The notes under the pieces: model-generated
The model's input: only the letters and a program-made list of their open reading frames with translations
Databases searched by the model: none
Told to the model about the DNA's origin: nothing
Origin: Naegleria gruberi
Lineage: Eukaryota
DNA length: 64,000 bases
Assembly (NCBI GenBank): GCA_000004985.1
Contig: GG738848.1
Strand: one strand, 5' to 3'
Position numbers and translations under genes: made by a program
Part shown: positions 50,781 through 64,000 of the stretch, in pieces
Layout of the letters: each line of letters opens with the position of its first letter
Position numbering within the stretch: the stretch's first letter is position 1

Positions 50781-53700
50781 ATGTCTTCTGAGGGATCATC
50801 ACTACTTGAAGGCTATTTCCACAAACAAGGACAAGGTGCTACCGGAGCCTCATATAAAAGAAGATGGTTTAAAGTGTATTCTGATCGGATAGAATACATG
50901 GTTGGTCCTAAAGATAAAAAGATTAAGGGTGATGTAAAAACATTAGATATGATTAGACTTGAAGATGGTTTTCATGGTCCAAATCAATTTAAAAATTATG
51001 GATTATCTCTTGTTACTGAAAGTAGAACATATAAAATTTGTTTTGAGGATGTTGTTACTAGACAAAGGTTTAAGGAAGTTGTTACAAAATTAATTCCTTC
51101 TACCGTCATACATCATGAAGAAAAACAAGATGACGATATTGATGATGATGAAGATATGCCTACTTTTGATGATAGTTCGGAAGAAGGTTTTGATGATTTG
51201 GAAATAGATAATTTTGATAAGGATAATGAAGAACACGAAGGTAAAGAAGATGAAGGATTAATGGACGATGGTGATGAAGAATTGGAAGTTAAATCCCATA
51301 TAGATATAAAAACAGATGATAGCAGGATGATCAAAAACCCTCTAATTCCTGATTACTTGGTAAGAGAAACTCCTTTTGGGTCTGTAAATAGTGATGATAG
51401 CAATAATTTCTCGAGTGGTGATGAAAGTTTTATGCCATCTACAAAAGATGATAAGAAGCATCTCAACCAAACTCCTCCGTCACAAGAATTAAAAATTAAG
51501 GAAGATTGGAGCGATTATAGCGATTATAGTGATGATGAGACTCTTCAAACTTCAAGACAAGAAGAACCAACAAACTCTACTGAGGAGGAAGTAATTATTA
51601 GTTCCCAAATTGAAATCCAATCGAAACTTCTTTTCCCTGAAAAGGATGTTGACGAATTACTGGAAGACGAAGAAAAAACAAGAAGAGAAACAAAAAGTTC
51701 AGATCACAAACAGGTGTCCTTGTTAAGTGAAGATAATCTTAATATAGGATCTTACAAGCATTTCATTGAAAGAATGACAGAACATGGAGAATCTGAAATC
51801 TTATGGAGTGGTTCTGTAAGAAAGGTGGTAAGAGGAAAGGTAAACAAGTTTGACGAAAGAAGTTTGGTTGTCACGAAATCAGCACTTTATCTTTTAACTG
51901 CAAAATCAAAAGGACTTGAATTCAAAGCCCGAGTTACATTCAGGGATATTTCTTCTCTTCTTATTAATGCATACGAAACAGAAGAGAAAGACTTCTTATC
52001 AATTTTGATCACAAACCCTGCAATCAACAATGGACATGATATGTTACTTGCATTCAACGATAATAGAGAAAAGTTTCTTGCTCATATCAAGAATGCGTTT
52101 GAGCAAAAAATGCTTAAGGAATTAATTGTCCATCTTGTTGATGACGTGACATTATATACAAGAACAAATAGAGCTGAGAGAAAGCCAATACCTCAACCTA
52201 TTTCCAAGGAAGATATCGTAACTTCAACAGATCACGATTATGCAAACTTTATTGTATCAGCAGATTGGAGATATCTTCTCAAACAATACGGAGACAGACA
52301 TATCTATTTTAGCGAGGAAATGTTAGTTAATAACACAAAACATGCTATTTTGATAACAAACTTGGCATTAATCAAAACAACAGACGCTAAAGTAAAAAGA
52401 AGAATAGAACTTGTTGATATATCAGAGATTTGGATTGACAATGCTGCCAAAGAAAACCTTCTAATCAAAGTACCTTCGGAGTATGACATATTTATTTCAA
52501 CAGCAAAGAGAAATGAAGCTGTTTCATCTTTACAAGAAGCTTTGGAAAAGTTAAAGGTAGACTTTAAACTTATTCAATCAGTAAACATTAAGGAAAAAGG
52601 TCAATTAAAGAAAACTGGAGATTACAGACAAAAAATGAAAAAGATGAAGGATCCAAAGAGAATTAAAGATCTAATGACACACGCAATTAAATCAAAGGAT
52701 GTTAGTGAGCTTGAAAAAGCAATTTGTAGCGCAAGAATATATGGATTAACAAACGATAAGCTGTATATCTTGTGCCTTCAACAAATACAAAAGATCAAGA
52801 CATCATCGATGGTACAAGAGGAGATGGAAGATGCCTATAAAAATTGTCATCTTAAGAAAATGAGAGAGCTTTTAAAGAAGGCTGAATCATTACGTCCACA
52901 TCTCACCCAATTGATTCATGTGATGACTCCTAAGTATACTGAACTTGTTAACACTAGGTTATTCAAAAAGAAAATGGAAGAAGCTATCAGTAAGAAGGAC
53001 TTTAGAATGATGAAGGATATATTTTCCAAAGCTCTTAGAGCTGGCTTGGCAGGTGATGTTGAAAAATACAAGCGAGATTATGATGCAGATGTACAAAAGG
53101 AATATTTGAGAGATCTGGTTTCTCAACATTTAGCTAATAGGGATGGAGACGCTCTTCGTCTTATTCTTATTGATGCTAAAAGTCTAGGCGTGGAAAATGA
53201 GAAAATTTTCCAAGAAGCTAAAAATTCAGTTTTGTTATTCAAAGAAGAAACTAAAATCAAAAGAAGATTAAATAAGGGTGTTGACGACGCTAACGACATA
53301 GGGAATATTGAAAAGTTGAGGGAATTGATTAAGGATGCAAAGGCCTTTGTTTCTACCAATCCTTCTATTTCACTCTCGAATACTATTGATTTTTGTAATA
53401 AGGAATGTGATAGAATCCAACAACGATTTTCTATTATTGAAAAGATAGATGAAGCCATCATGAAAAGAGACAAATCAGCAATTGATGAAATTATTGAGAG
53501 CAACAAACTTGATGATAGGTTGGATTTAACAAAAGCATATGAATGTCTAGATCACATCAATACTGATAGAGAACAAGAACAATTGGCAGCTATTTACAAG
53601 CTGGAAGAAACTCTTGATTCTCTGATTGTACTATATGACCATGAAACAACACCTGATAATGAAATCAAGTTGATGCAAATTATTGTTGAAGCAGAAATGT

Positions 53701-55540
53701 TTGTTGAATTGGGAGACTTGGTAGATTCTGCTAAAAATCTCATTCAAAAGAAGAGAATGGAAGCAAAGAGAAAGGAAAGAAAAATTCTCTCAATCAAATA
53801 TAGACTTGCTCAAGGTATTAAGGAAAGAGATATAGATGATCTTGAGACTGTTCTTGAAGAAGGACCATTTTATCCTGAATTGGCAACAGAGGTTCAAATT
53901 GCTAAAGAAATGTTAAGTGAATTATATCTTCATACACACGTTAAGGAAAATATCGTGGTGGTACCAGCTTTAACAGAAAAGGTTGAAAAGAAGGAAAATA
54001 CCTCAACTGGAAAATTCGAAGCCTTCCTAAAGAGTGCTCATATGTCCTTAGGAAGTGTTGAAAAGAGTGTTGAAGTCAAATTAGATTTTGAAGAATTGTT
54101 AGAAAAGAAGGATATTGTTGCTCTGGCTAAATTTATCAATAAGAATAAGCAGTTACTTACAAAAGAAGAAGCACAAAGAGCAACAGAAGTTATGGAAGAG
54201 TTATCATTGCCAAGTGCAACACCTGCAACTGCCACTGAATCATCAAAAGAGGAACTTCAAAAGAAGACAAAACCATTTTCATTCAACACAATGGTTTCAT
54301 CTCTCCATAGTAATATTATGAACTTGCTTAGTACTTGTGATGCAGACTCTATTGATCCAACATCAGGAAGATATGTTGTTCACTTATTCCCTCTTGGTGA
54401 TATCATTGTTAAGAATATTACATCAATTTTATATAATGGAACAAGAGTAAGTAGAAAATTTACTAACTTTGAAATCTTATCATTCATTAGAAAATTTATT
54501 GGATTAAAGAAAGAACACCATATGACATTTTTAAAAATCTTCAGGTTAGTGCTGTACAAGATGTAATTAGAGAATTTGAAGCCTTGGATCAAGTTCAACA
54601 TTTACCAAGTGATAACTTTGGAAAGACTGCTTCTCTTCTTCTGGTTCAATATTTACTTGATTGTGACTTCTTTGTTTATGCAATCAATCAATTGGCAATT
54701 GATGAAATGTACTTGCAAGAATGTTACGATAAGACTGCTATTTTATTTAACAAACAACTCAAAGATGAAATTTTGGGTGTATTCTCATTGCTCAATCAAT
54801 TTGATTTCCGTTTTGGATTTACCAAGGAAGTTGACGCAAAGGATGTTGCTTCTGCTAATATAGATCCACTTGCATCAACACAATCTGGCGTATCAATCAC
54901 GCAAACAGCTCAACCAAGTTTAAGTTTACAATTAACTTCAAGTACTTTGGACATGATTTCACTTTCACCTTTACTTCAATTGAAACAGTCAATCAAATCA
55001 ATTGTTCAGTTCTTCTATATGAAGAAGAATGATGAAAAGATGGATTTATATGATATTGGTGATGATTCAAAGAGTAGAGAAATTGATGTTCTTATAAGAA
55101 AGAAGCTTTGTTATTCATTGATGGATATTTTCTTGAAAGGATTTAAGAGTTTCTCAATATTCAAGACCTACCATGTTTGGAATGTGATTGAAGAAGCTGC
55201 AAGACTGAAAAAGTCATCTGCTGTTGATATTGGTGGTATTGGTATTCCATCGGCTGTTGAAACTGTTAACAAGATTGTTGAAGAGAGATTATCTTTAAAC
55301 ACCAAACAATTATCAAACATTGAAGATCTCAAGTTTAGAATCTTTGTTTGTTACTCATTGAATGATAATCAATTATCATACTTTATTCAATCTATTTTGA
55401 GAGAAAGTGATTTAATTAATAATTATTATGAAGCTGATTCATTGATAAGAAATTCCAACATTAGAGAAAAGGTGATTGGTTTCTTATCCAAGTTGGACAG
55501 ACTTCCATTTAACCTTTCTTTAACATCTGAATTGTTGTAA
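50781..55540 (+). CDS. Large PH-domain protein with acidic region and C-terminal RUN-like domain. Two exons: 50781-54544, 54571-55540
   Basis: N-terminal PH domain (EGYFHKQGQ…RRWFKVYSDRIEYM…YKICFED). Long in-frame ORF. The second ORF continues in frame if a 26-nt ag|GTTAGT…AATTAG intron is removed. An assembly frameshift is the alternative. Confidence 0.55.
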
Positions 55541-55558
55541 ATAAAAAATACCTAGATG

Positions 55559-58500
55559 TTAAATGTGATACAATTCGTGAATCATGAAAAAGTATTCAAT
55601 TGGACAATATAATTTGAGTTTTCGTACCATCTCTTCATCTAATTTGATCGTTATCAATAAATCTCTACATTGATTGATAATTTCAAATAATTGTTCAATA
55701 ATGAAAGGTTTTAAATGTTCATGTTCCATCAAATCAATAAAAATTCTCATTCCTTTCAAAATTTCATCAGAGGCAACAGAATTTAAACTCAACGAGCTTA
55801 TAGTTCCATTACTATTGTTATTGGAATTTTGAATCAGAGAAGTTTCATAATTATAAGAATGATTAATGGATTCATTCTTCAATGCAGTAATATCATTTAG
55901 AACATTAAATCTACTTGTTATTGTTTCTAATCCTAAACGAACAATTTGATGTTCCATACATGGTTGTATTAAACCTTTCAATACTTGATTAGGAAAATAT
56001 GAAATATGAGTTGTAACATTAGAATATCCAAAATTTAAAGAATCAACAATTAATGAAGATGCAGCACTAATATTTCCAAATAAACTTGTTAAGGTTGATT
56101 TACGTCTATTGTTAGATTGTCCAGATGATCCAATAGTATTATAATTACCAGCATTGCCACTATTATTTGTCTGTTGTTGAGAATCTTGAGAATTAATATT
56201 ATTATAAATTGAATAATTTGGAAACATGGCACTTGTTGGTGAATTCATTCCTCCTCCAACTCCACCACCCATAAATGTACCACTATTATTATTGCTATTG
56301 CTTGTAGTATTAGAAGTAGGAGGATATAACAAGTGAGAAAGTTGAACTGTCCACTCACTAATATTCACACCACTATTATTCATTCCACCAACACTACTAA
56401 CATTACCAAAACTTCCACCTATACCACCTATATTATTATTACTTGAATTATTATTACTACCACCACCTATATTACCAATATTATTATTATTACCAGTATT
56501 AATATTATTATTACCAGTATTATTAATATTATTATTATTATTACTTGAACCACCATTAAAAGATTGTGAAGTTGTTGCAATTAATCTTTTTAAAATTGTT
56601 TGTTCAAATTCTTCTTTTTGTTGTTGATTAGTTCCAAATTTAATGAAATGAAAAATGTGATTTAATAATTTTTGAGTATTTGAATTTAAAATAAAAGAAG
56701 AAATTCCATCAATTAATTGTCTTTCAATAATAGTATTACTAAATAAAGATAAAGTATTAACATTTGATAAATTTTGATCTTTTCTAAAAATTTCATTTAA
56801 ATAAAAACAAGCATAAAATCTAATTATAAAAGGTTGATTTCCATTTTGAATTAAATCCATAAATCTTTTTATAACTCTTTCAGATGAAATTGGTAAAATT
56901 GATAAAACTTTAAAAGTTTTAATAATTAATTCATTATTAATTTCATAATTATTTCTATTATCATCATGAATAAATAATAATAATAACATTGATAAATTAT
57001 TTAATAATTGTTCATGTAAATTATTTTTAATATTTCCATTTTTAGTAGTAATATTACTATTTATAGTATTATCATTATATTTATAGTAATTAATTAAATA
57101 TTCTTTCATAATTTTTAAATAATGTTTATAAACAAGTAAAAGTAAAATTGTTTGTTTAAATTCAGATAAAGGTTGTTGTGAAATTCTAATTAAAGATTTA
57201 AATAAAATTGATAATAAATCACAAAATATTCTTTCTATAATAATTGGAACTCCTTTACATGTAATTGTATAATTTCCATATATAGGTAGTAATTTAGTTA
57301 CTATATATAGACATGATAAATGTTGTTCTAAATTAAAATTTTGATCAAAATAATATAATTCTATATTTGTAGGTATTGAAGCAATTCCTTTTTGTTCATT
57401 ATTATCTAATAAATTTGGTAATAAATATGAAATACATAATTTTAAAATATGTGAAATTTTACCATTTGAATTTAATTCTAAAAATTCAAATTGATTTAAT
57501 AAATTTTTATGTGAAATTTCCATTTCTGTATTATTATTACCATTTTTATCAGAATGAGAAGAAGAACAAGATGATGATGATGAATCTGAAATATCATCTG
57601 AAATATCATCTTCATCTTCTGAATTTACTATATTTGTTAATAAAATTGTAATTGATTTTGCTAAATTTAAAAATCTTGGAATTAAATAATTTTTTTTAAT
57701 TAAAATATATTCCCTTTTTAAATATTGATCATTTTCAATTTGTAAAATATATTGATTATTATTAATATTATTAAATAAATTATTTTGATTATTTAAAATT
57801 CTTTCCATAATTATTAATAAATGAATTTCCTTATTAGTAGAAATAGTTTCAATTAATTTTACAAAATTTAAATCTAAAGAATTTAAAATACAATTATCAA
57901 TAATTGATAAAATACTTGTTTTAGAATTACTATTTATAGTAAAATTAAAAGGTACATAAATGGAAATTAATTTACTCATGTAAGATTCATCTTGTTCAAA
58001 AATATCAATAAATTTAATTAAATGATCATAAAATAATTTGTTAAATTCAATTGAATTATTATAAATTTTACCTAAAAAATTAAAATTAATTAATTTTTTA
58101 AAATCATCCATAATTTTATCTAAAATTAAATTATCAATAATTAAATTTAAATTTAATAATTGTAATAAAAAATTAGAACAATTAATTTTTTCATTATTTT
58201 TATAATTTTTAAATAAAAAATTATATAATTGATAAACAATTTTATAACTATCATAACTTGTTTTAGATTCCAAATTTGGAGAAATAAATTCATCTGGATT
58301 TATATTTTGAATTATATTAATTAAAGTTAAAATTAAATTAAATAAAATTATAATTCCTTCATCATTTTTATAATTATTAATTAAAATTAATAAATCATTA
58401 ATTGACTTTTTTAGTAATTTCATATAAACATTTAAAATTTGTCTATTTTGTATAATTTCTATATTTGAATTTAAAATAATTAATAATAAAAATGGTGTTG

Positions 58501-59418
58501 TATTATAAATATTTAATAATAAATTACTCATTTGTTCAAATAAATAATTTAATTGGCAATGTTCAATTAATTTAGTAATTCCAAAACAAGTATGTACATA
58601 ATTAGAAATATTAAAATTTGTAATATTAAAAAAATCAGAATCATTAAATTCACTTAAATTAATTGGTTGTGATAATTTTAAAGAAGGTGTAATTGACCTT
58701 CTAAAAATAGATTTTGTTTTCTTTTTTTCTAAATTTATAATTAAATCTTCAGAAATTTTCTTATTTTTTAAAAAATCACTTAAAATTTCTATAAATGTAT
58801 TTGAATTTAAATCATTATTATTAAAATAACTTGTTTCATTTTTAATTAAAATTCTTAAAGCAATTTGTTGAATACTTGTATATTTAGAAGTAACTGCCCT
58901 TTTTAGATATTCTCTATATATAGTTTCAATTTCTTGTATATCTTTTAATTCTCCATTTATATTATTAAGAACATTACTTCCATTTATATTATTATTATTA
59001 TTATTATTAGTAGTATTATTAGTAGTAGTGGATGATGATGATGGTGATGAATTATTCCATAAATTACCACTATTAGATTTATTAGATGATAATCCATTTA
59101 AAATACTACTTGTATGATTATTCATACTATTATATTGTCTTGAATGTTGTTGTTGTTGTTCTTTCTTATTTCTTATATTCATTATATTCATTATACTATT
59201 ATTACTATTATTATTATTATTAGATCTACTACTATTATTTTTAAAAGAATTAGAAGTAGATGATAAATTATCAACACTATTTGAATAATTTGTTGTTGAT
59301 GATGAAATTTGTCTAAAAGAAGATAATTCATTCTTTCTTCTAATTTGATTTGTAAATTGTTCAAGTTTATCCAATGATAAATTTCTAATTAAAATTCTTT
59401 CAATAATTAATTCTTCAG
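55559..59418 (-). CDS. C-terminal portion of giant Asn/Ser-rich protein-kinase gene (continues across the assembly gap)
   Basis: 1271-aa ORF, open in frame right up to the N-run. Asn/Ser homopolymer tracts and a Leu-rich helical region. Confidence 0.6.
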
Positions 59419-59468
59419 NNNNNNNNNNNNNNNNNNNNNNNNNNNNNNNNNNNNNNNNNNNNNNNNNN
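59419..59468. other. Assembly gap (run of 50 N) inside a coding region
   Basis: Literal n characters. The ORF is open on both flanks. Confidence 0.99.
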
Positions 59469-62400
59469 AAATTGTGGTAAATATCCTAATAATGGAAATT
59501 GTTGTGATGCAATTTGATGATCATCTTCATAATATTGTTGATAAATAAAAACTAATTGTCTCCAAATTAGGCGATACAATTGTGGTCTTTCAGAAAAGAA
59601 ATCATCGGGTAATTTTCTAAACTTTTCAATTTTGGAAACTGATAAATATTCTGCTAAATCTAACATGAATTCCATAAATTCATTAGATGTTAATATTTTT
59701 TCCTTTTTTGTAAATTGTTCAATATTATTAAAGGAAATTCTCTTTCTTTCATCACTTTCTTTTAATGAAAGTCTATTTCCACTACTATTATTATTATTAT
59801 TAGTAGTAGTAGTATTAGTAGTAGCACTACCTCCTCCACTATTACTATATATACTTGAATTTGAGATAACACCACCACTTGAAGAATTTGTTTGATTGTT
59901 AAATAAATTCAAATTCTTTGAATCTCTTTTACCCATTGAAAATCTTAAACTTCTACTTCTGACACGTCCACCACCAGCACCAACACCACCACTAGATGTT
60001 GGTGTTCCACTACCACCTACATAATTAGAAGTAAAAACACCAGTACCAGCACCACCACTATTAGTATTAGTATTATTTGGACTAATACTGAGTGAATGAG
60101 CCATAGCAGTATTGGAATCAGATGAATTTGGTATTAAAGTGGATGGAGTATTAGATGCTGAATTAAATACATCACTATATTGTTGTTCAATATTAGCAAA
60201 TAAAGAAGGTGTTACAACAACAACAAGTGAATCAGTTGATGAATCATAATCCATATGAGTTGATTGTTGTTGCTGCTGTTGTTGTTCAGATCCTCTTCTA
60301 AAGAATGATTGTGAATGATGATGTGATGATTGATTCATTCCAATACTATTATTACTATTAACATTTCCAAATAAATAATTATTAGATGCCAAATTACTTG
60401 GTAATAAATTCAAATCAGATGAAATGTAAAATTTGTTTAAAAATTGTTCTAACATCATTCTAATTGGTATTTCATTCATTTCAATTAAACTATTACTAGT
60501 ATTAGTATTACTATTAGTAGTATTAGTATTATTACTAGTATTATTAGTAGTAGATTCAATATTTTCCTGTTGTTTGAGTGCAAAATAATGAGCAAATGAT
60601 GGAATTCTAGCAATTTCCAAATATCTAAAATCATATTCATTCAATTCATTAAATAAAGTATTATATAAATTTAATGATCCACTATAATTCTTTTTATCCT
60701 TATTCTTTTTAACATTTGAATTGGCATTAATTGAAGAAGAAGAAGTGGATGATGAAGAATTTGATTGTCCTGAAACAATATTTCCTAAAATATTTGATAA
60801 ATTAGTAGAAATGAATAAATTAGGAGGAGGTGGAGCACAATTTTGTAAAAGAGATGAAATATTATTAATACCCATTGATTGAATATCAATAGTTTTTAAA
60901 ATATAATTATAATGTTGTGATTGATTAAAATTTGGATCTAATGGATGTTGTTGTTGTTGCTGAGTAAAATTTTGATTTTCAATAATATAAATGGTATTAT
61001 TTGTTAAATTTGATAATTGTGACATGATATTAAAATATTCTTGACCTTTAAAATGTTGAAAATGATCAAAAATTAAAATACATTTACCATTTAAAATTAA
61101 TTGTTTTAAATATTGTTGAATTTCCTTATTAAATTGTAAATGTTGTTTTTGTAAATTGTTTGCAGTTGATGAATTATTTCTAGAATTAAATCTTGGACTT
61201 TGTGTAAAACTACCAAAATTAGAATTTGAATTTTCATTAAATAAAATATCATTTGCTAATTTTATAACATTTCCAAAATAATATTCAAAACATCCTTGAA
61301 TTATTTTATCTATAAAATCATTTATATTTGGCATATTTAATATATTTCTTAAAGATACCATAATTGGTATTTTAAATAAACTATTAGAATGATTTGATAA
61401 TAATTGATTTAATAAATTATTATTACTTGCCATATTAGAAGAATTACTAGTATTTAAAGTATAAATATGTTCCATATAATATCTATGTATAGATGAAATA
61501 AAAAATGATAAATCTGAATCTGTAAAATTACAATTTCTACAATTTAAAACATAACATATACAAAGTGATGAATATTTGTTATATTGAAAATTATCATTTC
61601 CACCTCCTCCATTACCATTTCCACTATTATTACTTCCAATACTACTATATCCACTACTACTATTTACACTATTAATACTATTATATCTATTATTAGAAGA
61701 TTGTGTACTAAATCTATTATTATTATTATTATTATTATTATTACTGATATTATTACCGATATTATTGATATTATTATTGTTAATACTATTTCTATAATCG
61801 AATGAATTTGAATTATTTGAATCAATTAAATGACTTGATTGAAATAAAAGATCAAAATTTGTATTTCTAACACCAATAACAGCACCTCTCTTTCTTGTTT
61901 TAAAATTATCACCATCATTAATATCCATTGAAAATACATTCATTGACATTCTATTAGATGCTATATTAGAATAGCATGATAATCCAATTGTAGAAGAAGA
62001 AGAGGATGATGATATTATTGAATTAGATTGATTATTCATATTAATATTATTGGATTGATTCATATTAGTATTATTAATATTGGATTGATTGATAGATGTT
62101 GAAATGGTATTATTTAAAAATGGTGAATTAAATAGTGGTGAATTATTATTAGCAACACCTGAAGAAGAATTAAATGAAGAATTTCTTGATATTGAAATTG
62201 GTAATGAAGATGCAATATTTGATACATTAATATTACTTATATTTGTTGTTGTTATTGAAGTGGTAGTGGTGGTATTATTATTATGAATATTATTATTATT
62301 AATATTATTAATATTACTATTTATAGTAGTATTATTATTATTATTATTATTTAATAAATTATTTAAACTTGATGAATGTGAAAGTTTTCTTGAAGAAGAA

Positions 62401-63664
62401 AATTGATTTGATGATAAATAATTATTTTGAGGTGTAATATAAGAAGTAATTTCCAATTTTACTTCTTTTAAAAATCGAATATAATCAAATTTTCCTTTTA
62501 TAGAAAATATTAAATTATCTTCATCTTGAATTCTTTTAAATAAATCATATAACATTACATTCATATTATTTTCATTAAATGTTTCAGATTTATCTTCTTC
62601 CTCGTTTTCATTAAAAATATTACTATATATATATAAATTACTAAAATATTCATCCTTAAATGGAAAGTTTTTACAATTTTGTACACATTTTACAAAAGTA
62701 TAAATGGAAACATTATTTTCACTATCACTTGATAATAAAGTTTTTAAAACTTTTTCAGATTTTGAATGAAAAGCAGATTTTGTAAAAAAATAATAACAAT
62801 CTTTAAATTCATTCCAAGAAACTTTGTAATTTTGAGTTCCAAACATTTGATCCCAAAAATGTCTTGCTAATCTATAAATAATATAATAGGTAGATGTAAA
62901 TTTATGTATAAATGATAATGAATTTCCTAAATTAGTATTTCCTAAATTGGATGATTGATTATTCATTAAAATATTACTTAAATTAGAAGACATGGGTGAT
63001 GATGAAATCATTTGAATATTTCTAGGTGAAAAATCTAATCCATTATTATTATTATTATTATTATTTATATTTATATTATTTATATTATTTATATTATTAT
63101 TTATATTATTATGATCTATTAAATTTAAATTATATGAAGAAATTGATTGTATTGAATCAATATCTTTTTGAATTGATTCTAATGCAGATAAAATATCTAC
63201 TTTTTCATCCATACTTGTATTTATATTTCCATTAATGGATGTATTATTACCATTAATAGAATGATGATTGTGATGATTATTATTAATATTATTATTAAAA
63301 TTTGATTCTTTTCTTTCTTTTAATAAAAAATTTAAACATTCAGTTGCATTTAATCTTTCACTTGAATCTAATCTTAAACATTTATATACCAATTTTAGTA
63401 ATATTGAATGTCCTTTATCAAGTAATAAAGTTAATAAATTAAAAGATTGATTCTTATCAATACATTCACTTATAAAATTATCAATTACTAATTTAGTTTC
63501 ATAATTATTTGAACAATTAAATAATAAATCTCTTAATGAATCAAATCGACTTCTCCTTTTTTGTACAAGTAATTGTAATGCTACTATTCCTAATGCCCAC
63601 ATATCAACTGATTCATTATAATATTTACCATCAAATATTTCAGGTGCCATATAATTTTTAGATC
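59469..63664 (-). CDS. Central exon of giant protein-kinase gene: kinase C-lobe followed by ~1350 aa Asn/Ser/Gln-rich low complexity
   Basis: …GSKNYMAPEIFDGKYYNESVDMWALGIV… (subdomains VIII-XI), then poly-N/NNI repeats. Acceptor AAAAAG|GATC at 63665. Confidence 0.65.
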
Positions 63665-63779
63665 CTTTTTTTAAAATTATTAAAATATTAAAATATTATT
63701 TATGGAAATTATTTAATATATATGGAAATTAATATATAAAATTAATATGAATAAATGAATATGAATGAATAAAACTTAC

Positions 63780-63930
63780 CTGTTATACTCATAAGAGGTG
63801 AATCACCAACTTTAAATTCACGTGTTAATCCAAAATCAGATAAATAAATTTGAGCATTTTCAATAATTTCCTTATATGATAAATTTGTATCATTTGTTTT
63901 TTTAGATTGTAATAAAATATTATCAGGTTT
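63780..63930 (-). CDS. Protein-kinase exon (catalytic loop to activation segment) of the same gene; more 5' exons lie beyond the window end
   Basis: KPDNILLQSKK…IYLSDFGLTREFKVGDSPLMSITG. GTAAGT donor (plus 63774-63779) and AATTTAG acceptor. A 115-nt AT-rich intron lies between this exon and the next. Confidence 0.65.
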
Positions 63931-64000
63931 CTAAATTATTTAAATATATTTATAAATATTAATAAATATTAATAAATTAAAAATATTAAAAATATAAAAA

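Noticed and set aside
54440-54490. Alternative 44-nt intron (gtaagtagaaaatttactaac…cattag) with a TACTAAC-like branch site inside the PH-domain gene
   Set aside because: Removing it shifts the frame into an immediate stop. The region is read through in frame, so it is coding and the intron-like signals are fortuitous.
57376-57651. Plus-strand 91-aa ORF within the giant minus-strand gene
   Set aside because: It is antisense to a >1200-codon open frame. Its translation is I/L/Y/K-rich, as expected from reading an Asn/Ile-rich coding strand in reverse.
1-64000. Prokaryotic interpretation (operons, CRISPR, phage-defence island)
   Set aside because: Many GTAAGT…AG introns restore conserved protein motifs (Rab, PhoD, CH domain, glutaminyl cyclase). 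The tRNA lacks encoded CCA. There are ~85% AT spacers and poly-Asn coding tracts. There are no CRISPR repeats and no Shine-Dalgarno-spaced operons. The ORF track's M-starts at TTG/GTG are an artefact of the ORF caller, not real starts.

Overview
This is eukaryotic nuclear DNA, not prokaryotic. It is AT-rich with extremely AT-rich spacers, short GTAAGT...AG spliceosomal introns of about 26-130 nt, a tRNA gene without an encoded CCA tail, poly-Asn/Gln/Ser low-complexity coding tracts, and a 50-nt N-run scaffold gap at 59419-59468. Highly expressed genes prefer TTG, AAG, TTC, CCA and GCT codons. That and the gene content fit an early-diverging AT-rich fungus or an amoebozoan, but the organism is not determinable from this window. 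About 30 protein-coding genes are supported. Recognisable products include the lysyl-tRNA synthetase C-terminus, Clp1, a Rab GTPase, an Spg1/Tem1 GTPase, a SWI3/SMARCC-like protein, a UDP-glycosyltransferase, a glutaminyl cyclase, a Cdc6/Orc1-like AAA+ protein, a 7TM-RGS receptor, an alpha/beta hydrolase, an EEP nuclease/phosphatase, a PhoD-like phosphatase, a giant alpha-2-macroglobulin-like protein and a giant Asn-rich protein kinase. The most unusual feature is a single intron-less 1174-aa ORF fusing an Mre11/SbcD-type metallophosphoesterase to a complete Rad50/SbcC-type ABC ATPase. Several other genes carry bacterial-type domains (SHOCT-like repeats fused to a CH domain, a GPI-anchored SBP_bac_3-like protein, a PhoD-like phosphatase), so the locus may be rich in horizontally acquired or domain-shuffled genes. 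All coordinates and splice sites are by eye from the sequence; no similarity search was run.
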